DNA of 64,000 nt, from contig NW_021836142.1 of NCBI RefSeq assembly GCF_006345805.1, forward strand, positions 186,001-250,000, written 5' to 3'. Below, one piece after another: positions 12,226 to 23,203 of this stretch (positions are counted from its first letter, which is position 1; every line of letters starts with the position of its first letter). The notes under the pieces are model-generated. The model did not search any database. It was not told where the DNA came from and worked only from the letters and a program-made list of their open reading frames with translations. The translations under genes were made by a program, and so were the position numbers. The stretch comes from Octopus sinensis. Lineage: Eukaryota.

Positions 12226-12632
12226 TTTCTTTTATTCGTTTCAGTCATTTGACTGTGGCCATGCTGGAGCACCGCCTTTAGTCAAACAAATCGACACCAG
12301 AACTTATTCTTTGTAAACCTAGTACTTATTCTATTGGTCTCTTTGGCTGAACTGCTAAGTTACAGGGACGTAAACACACCAGCATCATTTGTCAAGCGCT
12401 GTTGGGGGACAAACACAGACACAAAAACGTATAGACACACACACATGCATAAATATATATACATATATACGATGGGCTTCTTTCAGTTTCCATCTACCAA
12501 ATCCACTCACAAGGCTTTGGTTGGCCCGAGGCTATAGTAGAAGACACTTGCCCAAGTTGCCACACAGAGGGACTGAACCCGGAACCATGTGGCTCATGAG
12601 CAGGCTACTTACCACACAGCCACTCCTATGCC
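12226..12632 (-). mobile_element. CORE-type SINE
   Basis: Same consensus as 9021-9470. Confidence 0.9.
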
Positions 12633-13006
12633 TATGTTATCACATTTCATAAAATCTGTATTGAAAGATATTGTAGACAAACAAAGAGTTGAAGTAAAGA
12701 AATTAATGATTTCAAATGCAAAGACCACAGGGTTCAACTGGGCTAAAGAGTCCTACAACAAGGAAGATAAGTCTTGGTTGCTGATAATATGTGATCTGAC
12801 ATGGTTTCCAATTCAAGTGCGGTACAACAAAACTGAAACATTGGAGCTGGATTCTTTGCAAGGAACATTTAAACATGGAAGAACTTTTTACTGAAAATTA
12901 TTTAAATAGCAATAATATATCTCTGAGCGCAGTGACTTTTCGTCACTGGAAAAACGATATATATTCGCAAAGGGAGGCCTACTTTTCATTGACAACCGTT
13001 GATTGT

Positions 13007-13051
13007 CACAAGCTGATGACGGGTCAATACTCAGAAACTCGAGTCCGTGTG
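13007..13051 (+). ncRNA. Minimal type I hammerhead ribozyme motif, copy 1
   Basis: Stem I CACAAG/CGTGTG (1 mismatch), CTGATGA, stem II GGGT-CAAT-ACTC, GAAAC, palindromic loop TCGA, GTC. Predicted cleavage after 13045. Confidence 0.75.
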
Positions 13052-13280
13052 TATCATAAGTTGAAGACGGGAAGGATGGCTTCCCTTTGCAAATACTGAT
13101 AGGGCACAGAAAGTGTGTCTATAGCCAGCTGGAGGAAGTGTCCTCCTGGGGCTACAAGCTACAGTAGCATCCATCCTTAGTGGTTAGCCACATTTAAGTG
13201 GCAAATATACTTTTCGTCACTGGAAAAACGATATATATTCACAAAGGGAGGCCTACTTTTCATTGACAACCGTTGATTGT

Positions 13281-13325
13281 CACAAGCTGATGACGGGTCA
13301 ATACTCAGAAACTCGAGTCCGTGTG
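13281..13325 (+). ncRNA. Minimal type I hammerhead ribozyme motif, copy 2
   Basis: Identical to copy 1. Predicted cleavage after 13319. Confidence 0.75.
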
Positions 13326-13809
13326 TATCATAAGTTGAAGACGGGAAGGATGGCTTCCCTTTGCAAATACTGATAGGGCACAGAAAGTGTGTCAATAGCC
13401 AGCTGGAGGAAGTGTCCTCCTGGGGCTACAAGCTGCAGTAGCATCCACCCTTAGCGGTTAGCCACATTTAAGTGGCAAATATACTTCACGGTATTTAAAT
13501 AACCCCAAATACTATCGAATACTTGATAAAAAGTCTATTACCCACCTTTTCTAATATAGGAATTGATAAGAAGACCACTATTTTTCAAGAAGCAATGCTA
13601 TACAAACAATGCTATACAAACAAAATATTACAAGAATGCAGAAGTCACAGAAACAGATATTTGAAAAATGGTCGCTCAAAGCCCCAATATCGACATCAGT
13701 AGAGCATGTACTGGTATGACTTAATAGCAAATTGTGAGCAAGATGACCAAGCATTTCAGCAATTACAGAACTGTAAAAGGAATTGACTGAAAAGTGAATA
13801 AAAACAGAT

Positions 13810-14228
13810 CTCTTTTACTCTTTTACTCTTTTACTTGTTTCAGTCATTTGACTGCGGCCATGCTGGAGCACCGCCTTTAATCGAGCAACTCGACCACGGG
13901 ACTTATTCTTTTGTAAGCCCAGTACTTATTTTATCGGTCTCTTTTTGCCGAACTGCTAAGTAACGGAGACATAAACACACCAGCATCGGTTGTCAAGCAA
14001 TGCTAGGGGGACAAACACAGACACACAAACACACACATGCATATATATACTTATATATATATATACGATGGGCTTCTTTCAGTTTCCGTCTACCAAATCC
14101 ACTCACAAGGCTTTGGTCGGCCCGAGGCTATAGTAGAAGACACTTGCCCAAGGTGCCACGCAGTGGGACTGAACCCAGAACCATGTGGTTGGTAAACAAG
14201 CTACTTACCACACAGCCACTCCTGCGCC
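13810..14228 (-). mobile_element. CORE-type SINE
   Basis: Full consensus with internal microsatellite. Confidence 0.9.
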
Positions 14229-14649
14229 TATCAGTCAGTTATTGATAATGCAATCAAAATCATGTTTAATTGGGTAAAAGCTGTGATATTAGCTAAAGGT
14301 GAGGCTGGAACTACAAATTACCAAGAGAGCATTTTATTCCTTTTGGATAAATTTTCATGATGATAATACCAGTTAAATTAATGTTACAGTTCAAGAGCTT
14401 CTGTATAAAGTTTGTGTAAGCAGCCACTATGTGTATGTGTGTAAGAAGTGGCTACATGGTAAGAAGTTTGCTTACCAACCACGTGGTGCTACTGCATAGG
14501 AACTTGGGCAAGTGTCTTCTACCATAGGTCAGGCCAACCAAAGCCTTGTAAGGGATTTGGTAGATGGAAACTGAAAGAAGCCCATCATTTATATATATAT
14601 ATGTATGTGTGTATATATATGTGTGTGTGTGAGTGTGTGTATATATATA

Positions 14650-14810
14650 TATATGTTCTGGAGTAAGCACATAAATGTGAAACAAGGTGGAAAAAGAGTA
14701 CTCAAATACCAGAGGTAGAGTAATATGCTTTATTTAAAAGCAGCAGAATGGGAATATGAAACTCTGAGTAACAGCTTTTGTTATATTTCTGCTGCTTTTA
14801 AATAAAGTAT
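14650..14810. repeat. Short inverted-repeat element, probable Penelope terminal-repeat remnant
   Basis: 21-bp IR at 14728-14748 and 14787-14807 enclosing GAAAC-TCTGA-GTA-ACAG (3' half of a hammerhead). Confidence 0.55.
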
Positions 14811-14824
14811 ATATATATATATAT

Positions 14825-15425
14825 ATATTATATTATATTAAATTAGAGATAAAACTACTATTAGGCAAATCAAACAGTGAAAATCATAAACCAATACATA
14901 GAAATAAAATTAATTAAAAATATATAAATAATATAAAATATAAAATATAAAAATCCAATTAAAATATTTAAATTAAAGTTAAAATTTTAAAAAATTATTT
15001 AAATTAATAATTTAAACTTCATCATCATCATCATCGTTTAACGTCCGCTTTCCATGCTAGCATGGGTTGGACAGTTCAACTGGGGTCTGGCAAGCCCGAA
15101 GGCTGCACCAGGCCAGTCAGATCTGGCAGTGTTTCTACAGCTGGATGCCCTTCCTAACGCCAACCACTCCGAGAGTGTAGTGGGTGATTTTATAAATTAT
15201 AAATATATATATATTTTTATTATTATTTTATTTAATTATTTTTTTATTTATATTTTTTATTTTTTTATATTTATATATTTATTTATTTATTTACTTATTT
15301 TTTATTATTTTAATTTTTTTTAATCTATCAAAAAGTATTAAAAGTTTAATATAAGATAAAGATAAATAAGATAAATACTTTTTGATAGTTTAAAAAATAA
15401 ATAAATAAATAAAATAATAAAAAAA

Positions 15426-15460
<35 letters not shown>

Positions 15461-15775
15461 AATAATAAAAAAATAAATAAATATAAAAATATAAAAATAT
15501 AAAAATATAAAAATATAAAAATATTAAAAAAAAAAAATATTTTTTAAAAAATAAATAATTAAATAAGATAATAATAAAAATATATATATATTTATAATTT
15601 ATAAGTTTAAATTATTAATTTAAATAATTTTTTAAAATTTTAACTTCAATTTAAATATTTTAATTGGATTTTTATATTTATATATTTTTTAATTAATTTT
15701 ATTTCTATGATTTTATGATTTTCCCTGTTTGATTTGCCTAATAGTGGTTTTATCTCTAATTTAATATAATATATA
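14825..15775. repeat. Long AT-rich imperfect palindrome
   Basis: Arms 14825-15339 and 15374-15775 are reverse complements apart from an RTE-tail insert in the left arm. Confidence 0.85.
15020..15191 (-). mobile_element. Truncated RTE-tail repeat (young subfamily, close to 60065-60240)
   Basis: Consensus-like sequence that interrupts the left arm of the palindrome. Confidence 0.85.
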
Positions 15776-15886
15776 TTTATACTATAAAATTAGATTTAAT
15801 CCTAAATCTAATTTTTCCCTGTAAGTTTGGATTTACTCCCTAATATTATTATTATCATTATATATATATATATATATATACACACA

Positions 15887-16552
15887 TGATGGGAAGTCAA
15901 AAATTATTTGCACTTTCACCATAACATATCTTCATTATTATCACACTGCCTTCTGCACGTGCATGCTTATAGTTGGTACTATAGTGGTCATGTGATCGAA
16001 GTTAGAGCATAATGGCTCCATTTTTCTTTCTGGCTTTATAGTGTAAGCATGGCCACTCCACTACCAATGTGCACTAAAGAAGAACAAAGAACAGTGATCT
16101 GGTTTCTCTGGTTGGAAGGTGTGTCAGGTACTGAAATTCATTGGAGGCTTTTAGCACAATACGGGGACAGTGCAGTACCATGTAGAAGTGTGTATGAGTG
16201 GACTGAGAGGTTTAAAAGTGGCTGGACAAGTGTGACACATGAAGAGGGAGCAGGACACTCGTCAAGCTCCACCACTGATGGGAAGATTCAGCAAGCTCGG
16301 GAGATGGTAATGGTGAACTGGTTCACCATTACCATCTTTTGGATCACTGCTTTATGTTCTTCTTTGCTGCACATTGCTAGTGGAGATGCCATGCTTACAC
16401 TGTAAAGCCAGAAATAAAAATGGCACGATCAGGCTCAAACTTTGATCACGTAACCACAATAGTACCAAATATAAGCATGACTGTGCAGAAGGTGGTGTGA
16501 CAATAAAAAGTATGTTATGGCAAAAGTGCAGATAATTTTTGACTTCTCCTTG
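15887..16552 (+). mobile_element. Mariner-derived fold-back element
   Basis: The 5' part encodes a mariner HTH (KEEQRTVIWFLWLEG...VYEWTERFKSG). The right part is the reverse complement of about 15887-16105. TA at 16553-16554. Confidence 0.85.
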
Positions 16553-16924
16553 TATGTGTGTGTATATGTGACTTTCTGCCTGTGTTTGTCCTTGATCACC
16601 ACTTGACAACTAGTTTTGGTGTATTTACATCCCTGTAACTTAGTAGTTAGGCAAAAAGGCTGATAGAATAAGTACCATGCTTTAAAAAACAAAAAACATA
16701 AGTTCTGGGGTCAATTTGTTCAACTAAAATTCCTCAAGGTGGTGCCCCAGCATAGCCACAGTCTAATAACTGAAACAAGTGATAGATATAAAAGATATAT
16801 AAAAAAAATAAATACACGCACACACACACATATATGTATGTATACAAATATTTATATACATACACACACACACACATACTCACATACATGAGAGTTATAT
16901 GGAAAGTAAGGCAAAAGTAGGATA

Positions 16925-17150
16925 AAAAAATTGGTGGGGTGGGTAGCTGCCAGACAAAGTGCACCATGACATTTCTTCTACCTTATATTCTGAGTTCAAA
17001 CTCCACAAAGGTTGACTTTGACTTCCATCCTTTTGGAGCCGATGAAATAAGTATCAGCAGAGCACTGGGGACAATGTAGTTGACAAGCTTCCTACTCCCA
17101 AAATTTCAAGCCTTGTGCCAATAGCAGAAGGGATTACCAAATGATACAGG
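16925..17150 (+). mobile_element. Nin/Deu-domain SINE, diverged
   Basis: TTCTGAGTTCAAACTCC...GACTTTGACTTCCATCCTTTTGGAGCCGATGAAATAAGTA. Confidence 0.7.
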
Positions 17151-17215
17151 TTGTTCAAATTGCTCATCGCAGCAGAGTAACACTTTATCTATACAAAGAT
17201 ATTACTAAGGAGTTT

Positions 17216-17612
17216 CCAGCAGGAGTGGCTGTGTGGTAAGTAGCTTGCTTACCAGCCACATGGTTCCGGGTTCAGTCTCACTGCATGGCACCTTGGGCAA
17301 GTGTCTTCTACTATAGCCTCGGGCTGACCAAAGCCTTGTGAGTGGATTTGGCAGATGGAAACTGAAAGAAGCCCGTTTTATATATGTATATATATGTATG
17401 TGTGTGTGTGTTTGTGTGTCTGTGTTTGTCCCCCCAACATCACTTGACAACCAATGCTGGTATGTTTAATCCGCATAACCTAGTGGTTTGGCAAAAGAGG
17501 CCAATAGAATAAGTACAAGGCTTCCAAAGAATAAGTCCTGGGAGCGATTTGCTTGACTGAAGGCGGTGCTCCAGCATGGCCGCAGTCAAATGACTGAAAC
17601 AAGTAAAAGAGA
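17216..17612 (+). mobile_element. CORE-type SINE
   Basis: Full consensus. Confidence 0.9.
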
Positions 17613-17619
17613 ATAGCAC

Positions 17620-17930
17620 TACTGATGCATTTGTACAATCATTGAACCTCCACCATTGATTCCTCTTTGAAATGGTTTCAAGTGTGAACAGTTCTAGCGT
17701 CTTTTTCACAGCCAATTTTTGACATGGTCCAATTCATCAAATACACTATCTGCAAGGACCATCCTTTATTAGATTGTGCACTTGGAAGTTGAAGAACACC
17801 AAATCTGGGCTGCATGGTTTGTGTGACCAGTAACCAGCCCTCTTTACTGATTGTCTAATTTGTTGCCAAATCTTTATGTGGTTGCCCACTATCTTAATCA
17901 ACGTAGACCGTTTGCAGATTTTTGTCCAGT
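17620..17930 (-). pseudogene. Mariner transposase C-terminal fragment
   Basis: HKPCSPDLVFFNF resembles the HPPYSPDLAPSDF motif. Frameshifted. Confidence 0.65.
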
Positions 17931-17949
17931 CTCTACCTCGTAATGGCTC

Positions 17950-18370
17950 TCTTTACTCTTTTACTCTTTTACTTGTTTCAGCCATTTGACTGTGGCCATG
18001 CTGGAGCACCGCCTTTAGTCGAGCAAATCGACCCAGGGACTTATTCTTTGTAAGCCCAGTACTTATTCTATCGGTCTCTTTTGCTGAACTGCTAAGTGAC
18101 GGGGACGTAAACACACCAGCATCGGTTGTCAAGCAATGCTAGGGGGACAAACACAGACACACAAACATATACACACACACACATATATATATATACATAC
18201 ATATATACGACAGGCTTCTTTCAGTTTCCGTCTACCAAATCCACTCACAAGGCATTGGTCGGCGCGGGGCTATAGCAGAAGACACTTGCCCAAGATGCCA
18301 CGCAGTGGGACTGAACCCGGAACCATGTGGTTGGTTAGCAAGCTACTTACCACACAGCCACTCCTGCGCC
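17950..18370 (-). mobile_element. CORE-type SINE
   Basis: Full consensus. Confidence 0.9.
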
Positions 18371-18542
18371 TAAGTTTTTGAGTATCTTTTTTCATCATTT
18401 GCTGTGCAAAGTATAGCCACTTACCAGAAAATTAAGAAGAATGATGCCCTTATCATCCCCAAAGACAATCATCATGACTTTCTGTGTTTATTGCTAGCTG
18501 TTGAAATTCTTAGGCCACAGAGAAGTGGTATGATACTATTCT

Positions 18543-18897
18543 TATTTCTTTACTGCCCACAAGGGGCTACACACAGAGGGGACAAACAAACAGATAAAGT
18601 TGATTATATCGGCGGGACGGCGCTTCGAAGCATCATTCCCGGGTCGGGTCCGCGCGTTCGCCGCGACGTTCGCGCCCTCCGGCGTTCCCGCTCCGACTCA
18701 GGTGTAGCAGGCGGCCGGGGACCCGAAAGATGGCGATTATATCGACCCCAGTGTGTAACTGGTCCTTATTTAATCAACCCCAAAAGGATGAAAGGCAAAG
18801 TCGACCTCGGCAGAATTTGAACTCAGAACATAGCAGTAGACGAAATACTGCTAAGCATTTCACCCGTTTTGCTAATGATTCCACTAGCTCGCCGCCA
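18543..18897 (-). mobile_element. Nin/Deu-domain SINE carrying a GC-rich insert
   Basis: TSD TATGATACT(A/C)TTCT at 18529-18542 and 18898-18911. Confidence 0.85.
18612..18734 (+). pseudogene. 28S rRNA-derived fragment (expansion segment running into the conserved GGACCCGAAAGATGG)
   Basis: 89/123 GC with intact CpGs. Ends GGGGACCCGAAAGATGGC, against the 28S consensus GGACCCGAAAGATGGTGAAC. Flanked by a 10-bp duplication GATTATATCG. Confidence 0.7.
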
Positions 18898-18899
18898 TA

Positions 18900-19275
18900 T
18901 GATACTCTTCTGTGCACTGAGCCTTCATTTTGAGATCAAAAACATATGCCCACATTTCCTCCCCTGTGTTATAAAAAAATGTCTTTGATGGCTTCAATGA
19001 TTTCCAGTCGATTAGAATAAACTTCCATTCTTCTCTCTTCCAAACCAGGTGGCAACTGCCAAGGTACATACTTTGCACACAATTTCTAATTCCCAAAGCC
19101 TTCCACCATCTTCAGTAATATGTTGTGGGAGCAGTCCAGTTGTGCAGAAAACTCATGGATTGTGAATTGTTTGTCTGCAGAAGGTAATTTGTGCACCCAC
19201 TGACAATCATTGTCAGAGGTCACGGCGTAAGGCTTTCCAACTTACTTTAAACTCCTTCATCTGTCTGTGAACATT
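18900..19275 (-). pseudogene. Mariner transposase fragment (linker to start of catalytic domain)
   Basis: LCAKYVPWQL resembles the WVPREL linker; TGEEMWAYVFD resembles TGDETW. Confidence 0.7.
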
Positions 19276-19277
19276 GC

Positions 19278-19692
19278 TCTTACTCTTTACTCTTTTACTT
19301 GTTTCAGTCATTTGACTGCGGCCATGCTGGAGCACCGCCTTTAGTCGAACAAATCAACCCCAGGACTTATTCTTTGTAAGCCCAGTACTTATTCTATCGG
19401 TCTCTTTTGCTGAAACGTTATGTGACGGGGATGTAAACACACCAGTATCGGCTGTCATGCAATGCAAGGGGGACAAACACAGACACACAAACATACACAC
19501 AAATACATATATATATATATACATATATACGACAGGCTTCTTTCAGTTTCAGTCTACCAAATCCACTCACAAGGCATTGGTCGGCCCGAGGCTATAGCAG
19601 AAGACACTTGCCCAAGATGCCACGCAGTGGGACTGAACCCGGAACCATGTGGTTGGTAAGCAAGCTACTTACCACACAACCACTCCTGCGCC
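19278..19692 (-). mobile_element. CORE-type SINE
   Basis: Full consensus. Confidence 0.9.
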
Positions 19693-20156
19693 TATTGCTG
19701 TTATCAGTGGTATTATCTCAATAACAACAACAACCTGTAGACTTCTCAGAATGCCAGACAAACTGTACCCTTTCATCAAGAACTCAATGATGGAACACTG
19801 GTTCTGCTTGGGATTTATTATTTGCCTGAAATCAAGAACAGGAAGAAGAGTTATAATAGAGAAATAGATACTCTACTCACATGAGCAATTTGATATGAGA
19901 TACTGGTGATGCCCCAGCTTGGCTACATCATTTGGGTTTAGATGCATAGAAAAATGAAAGAATAACTGTACACACACACACACTCACGTTTATATATATA
20001 TATATATTTTTGGGGGGTGGCTAATTTTGAAATTAAATCGGCAGTTTATATTTACTGCTGAGTAAACCGTGCGAGCGTGGTGGATTTTGAAAATTTATAG
20101 CATATAGACTCGAGGCATGTTTATCGTCGCCTCGTGGATATATGTTAGTCCTTGGT

Positions 20157-20240
20157 TTTTCTGCTGACGAGGCAACGCCAGTGGTAAATAAATTAATTTT
20201 ATTTACAAAAGATTGCCGAAACTATGCATAGTCCAGAAAG
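20157..20240 (+). ncRNA. Type I hammerhead ribozyme, fully paired
   Basis: Stem I TTTTCTG/CAGAAAG, CTGACGA, stem II GGCAA/TTGCC, GAAA, self-complementary stem III ACTATGCATAGT. Predicted GTC cleavage after 20233. Confidence 0.88.
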
Positions 20241-20357
20241 GAGAGGGTAAACGTTTTTATTTCTCTTTCCATTTCAGAATTACAACTATTAGTGGTTTGG
20301 AGTTTGGCTGCTCTTTCTAGTGAGTCGGATGTCCTATTATGGCCATCCCTTATATGT

Positions 20358-20394
<37 letters not shown>

Positions 20395-20419
20395 CATGGA
20401 GAGCGGACGTTAAATGATG

Positions 20420-21955
20420 ATGATGATGATCATCATCATCATATCATCATCATTTAATGTCCATTTTGCATACCGGTATGGGTTGTACGGCTTGACAAGA
20501 ACTAACAAGGCCAGAGACCACACCAGGTCCTATCGTCTGTTTTGGCTTGATTTCTACAGCTGCTTGCTCTTCCTAATGCCAACTACTTTACAAAGTGTAC
20601 TGGTTGCTTTTTATGTAGCACCATCACCTGTAAATTTTACATGGTACCATGGTTTCAGGATGTCACGTCTGTTGTGAAAGGTGGGTCTTCTTGAGTACAG
20701 CAATGTACCATATATCTGGATCTTTTGTCATTTCCTTCCTAAGAGTCAGCATCCTGAGATCAGCCTTCAATACTTAGTCCCATATCTTCCTGGGTCTCTC
20801 TCTTTCACAAATTCCATCCACTTTAAGCAATCAGCACTTCGTTATTTAACTATTCTCATCCATCTGCATCACATGACCAAACCAGCTCAGTCTTTTCTCT
20901 TGCACACTGCACCTAATTCCTCTTACGTGTAACTTTTCTCTCAATACACCAGCATTCTGTTGCACTGGTATTCTTTTATTTGTTTCAGTCATTTGACTGC
21001 AGCCATGCTGGGGCACCGCCTTTAGTTGAACAATCGACCCCAGGACTTATTGTTTGTAAGCCTAGTACTTATTCTATTGGCTTCCTTTGCCGAACCACTA
21101 ATTTACAGGGATGTGAACACACCAACATTGGTCGCCAAGCAATAGTGTGGGGACAAACACGGACACACGGACACACACACACACATATACACACACACAT
21201 GATGAGCTTCTTTCAGTTTCCGTGTACCAAATTCACCCACAAGGCTTTGGTCAGCCCGAAGCTGTAGGAGAAGGCACTTGCCCAAGGTGCCATGCAGTGG
21301 AACTGAACCTGGAACCATGTGGCTGGTAAGCAAGTTACTTACCACACAGCCACTCCCCCGCACCTATATGCTGACATTGCACACCTAAAGGAGTATACCA
21401 GCTTCATTCCTCTCAAGTCTTCACATGTCTTCTACATTCAAGGCCCAAGTCTTACTACCATGTAGTATTGCAGTTCATACACATCATACAATCTTTCTTT
21501 CCCTCAAACAGAGACCTTTGATAGCCAACAGAAGCAAAAGTTCTCTGAATTTTCTCCATCCTATTTTGTTCTAGCAAATACATTTTTGCTACATCCTCCT
21601 CCATTGCTAATGAGGTCAACTATGTAGCAGAAACTATCTTCTACTTCGAGAGAGCTTCTGAAATTTTTGAGGAAACCAGTTCCCTTTATATCGGTAGTCT
21701 TTATGGCTCCTGTGCATCTTCCACATACAAACATTACTTTCTCTGTTAACATTGATACTATTCTACTGCATTTTTTTCTGTGTCCTTAGCTTGCGCTGGT
21801 TACACCAAATGGAATTTCTGCTCATACCTTTCCTGCATATCGAACAGGGCCATTTGCCTGAACAGGAAGGGTATTTTCTGTTTCCCTGCTTACTAGGACC
21901 TTGGTCTTTTCTCTAAGTTAACTTTTAGATCTTTTGTTTCCAAGTTTTTTTTTTC
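20420..21955 (-). mobile_element. Decayed RTE-clade LINE 3' portion (RT thumb, Cys-rich insert, 3' UTR), split by a SINE
   Basis: LKVNLEKTKVL...FVCGRC...LEVEDSFCY...IGWRKFREL...KRLSWFGHVM...PRKIW. The ORF runs into the RTE-tail repeat and a (TGA)n tail. Confidence 0.85.
20972..21362 (-). mobile_element. CORE-type SINE nested in the RTE LINE
   Basis: Consensus SINE with LINE homology resuming on both sides. Confidence 0.85.
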
Positions 21956-22274
21956 CACATCCGGAATTTCTATTTTAATTACAGATTCTGTTATGATTCT
22001 CACACACAAACACACAACCAACCACATGGTTCTGGGTTAAGTCCCACTGTGTTTGTCCCCCCCAACATTGCTTGACAACCGATATTGGTGTGTTTACATC
22101 CCTGTAACTTAGTGGTTTAGCAAAAGAGACCAATAGAATAAGTACTAGGCTTACAAAGAATAAGTCCTGGGGTCGATTTGCTCAACAAAAGGTGGTGCTC
22201 CACCATGGCCACAGTCAAATGATTGAAACAAGTTAAAAAATAAAAGAAATATACTCACATACATAAATGTATAG

Positions 22275-22570
22275 GAGCATGGCTCAGTGATTAGAGTGTT
22301 GAGTTCACCATCATGAGGTAGTGAGTTCAATTCATGGACTAAGCTGTGTATTGTGTTCTTGCGTAAGACACTTTATTTCACATTGCTCCAGTCCACTCAG
22401 CTGTAGAAGTGATTTGCAATATCACTGATGCCAAGCTGTATCAGCTTTTGCCTTTCCCTTGGCTAACATCGATGGCATAGAGACGGGAGCTGGGATGCAT
22501 GGGCGACTGCTGGTCTTCCATAAACAAACTTGCCCAGGTTTGTGCCTTAGAAGGTAACTTTCTAAAGTTC
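22275..22570 (+). mobile_element. tRNA-headed CORE-type SINE (second subfamily)
   Basis: GGAGCATGGCTCAGTGATTAGAG...GAGTTCAATTC head, then GTGTTCTTG...AAGACACTTTATTTCAC. Confidence 0.7.
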
Positions 22571-23011
22571 TGATATAAAATGCAAGGAATGGTATTTAAC
22601 ATTTTGGATATCGTTTGCTTCTACTAAAGAACATGGCGCTCCCACCTTTCTGAGCCTGCAAGCCCATATTGGCACTGGATATTTTGCTGTGGCTTGTCCC
22701 TAAATCATGTTAGTAGGGTGGAGGGGGCCTGTGAGGTGCTGTACAACCCTTGATAGACCTAAAATTTTAGGCTGTGCAATTGTTGGTAAGGCAACTTTCC
22801 AATGCGGTGAACGTGGAAGCTGAAGGCACAAATTGTTGGTGAAGCTGATTGTAGGTGAAATGACCTCATGTACAGACATTGCTAGCATTGTGAATGGGAA
22901 ATAGTCAGTGATGGTCTTCCTCCTGTCATGAGTAGACAGCAATCATCATAACCATATATATATATATATATTATATATATATATATATGTCAATATCATC
23001 ATCGTTTAACG

Positions 23012-23158
23012 TCTGTTTTCGATGCTAGCATGGGTTGGACGGTTTGACTGGGGTTTGGGAAGCCAGGAGGCTGCAACAGGCTTCAGAGTCTGATCTGGCA
23101 GTGGTTCTACAGCTGGATGCCCTTCCTAACGCCAACCACTCTGTGAGTGTAGTGGTTG

Positions 23159-23160
<2 letters not shown>
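23012..23160 (-). mobile_element. RTE-tail repeat
   Basis: Consensus motif. Confidence 0.85.

Positions 23161-23203
<43 letters not shown>

Larger units (their letters stand above)
12935..13486 (+). repeat. Tandem dimer of a 274-bp hammerhead-containing unit (Penelope pLTR / retrozyme-like)
   Basis: Copy 1 starts at 12935 and copy 2 at 13209, with 5 substitutions counted. Each copy contains CTGATGA...GAAAC-TCGA-GTC. Confidence 0.9.

Noticed and set aside
12589-12894. 101-aa ORF upstream of the tandem hammerhead dimer
   Set aside because: It begins inside a SINE, and I see no RT, GIY-YIG or host-protein motif.
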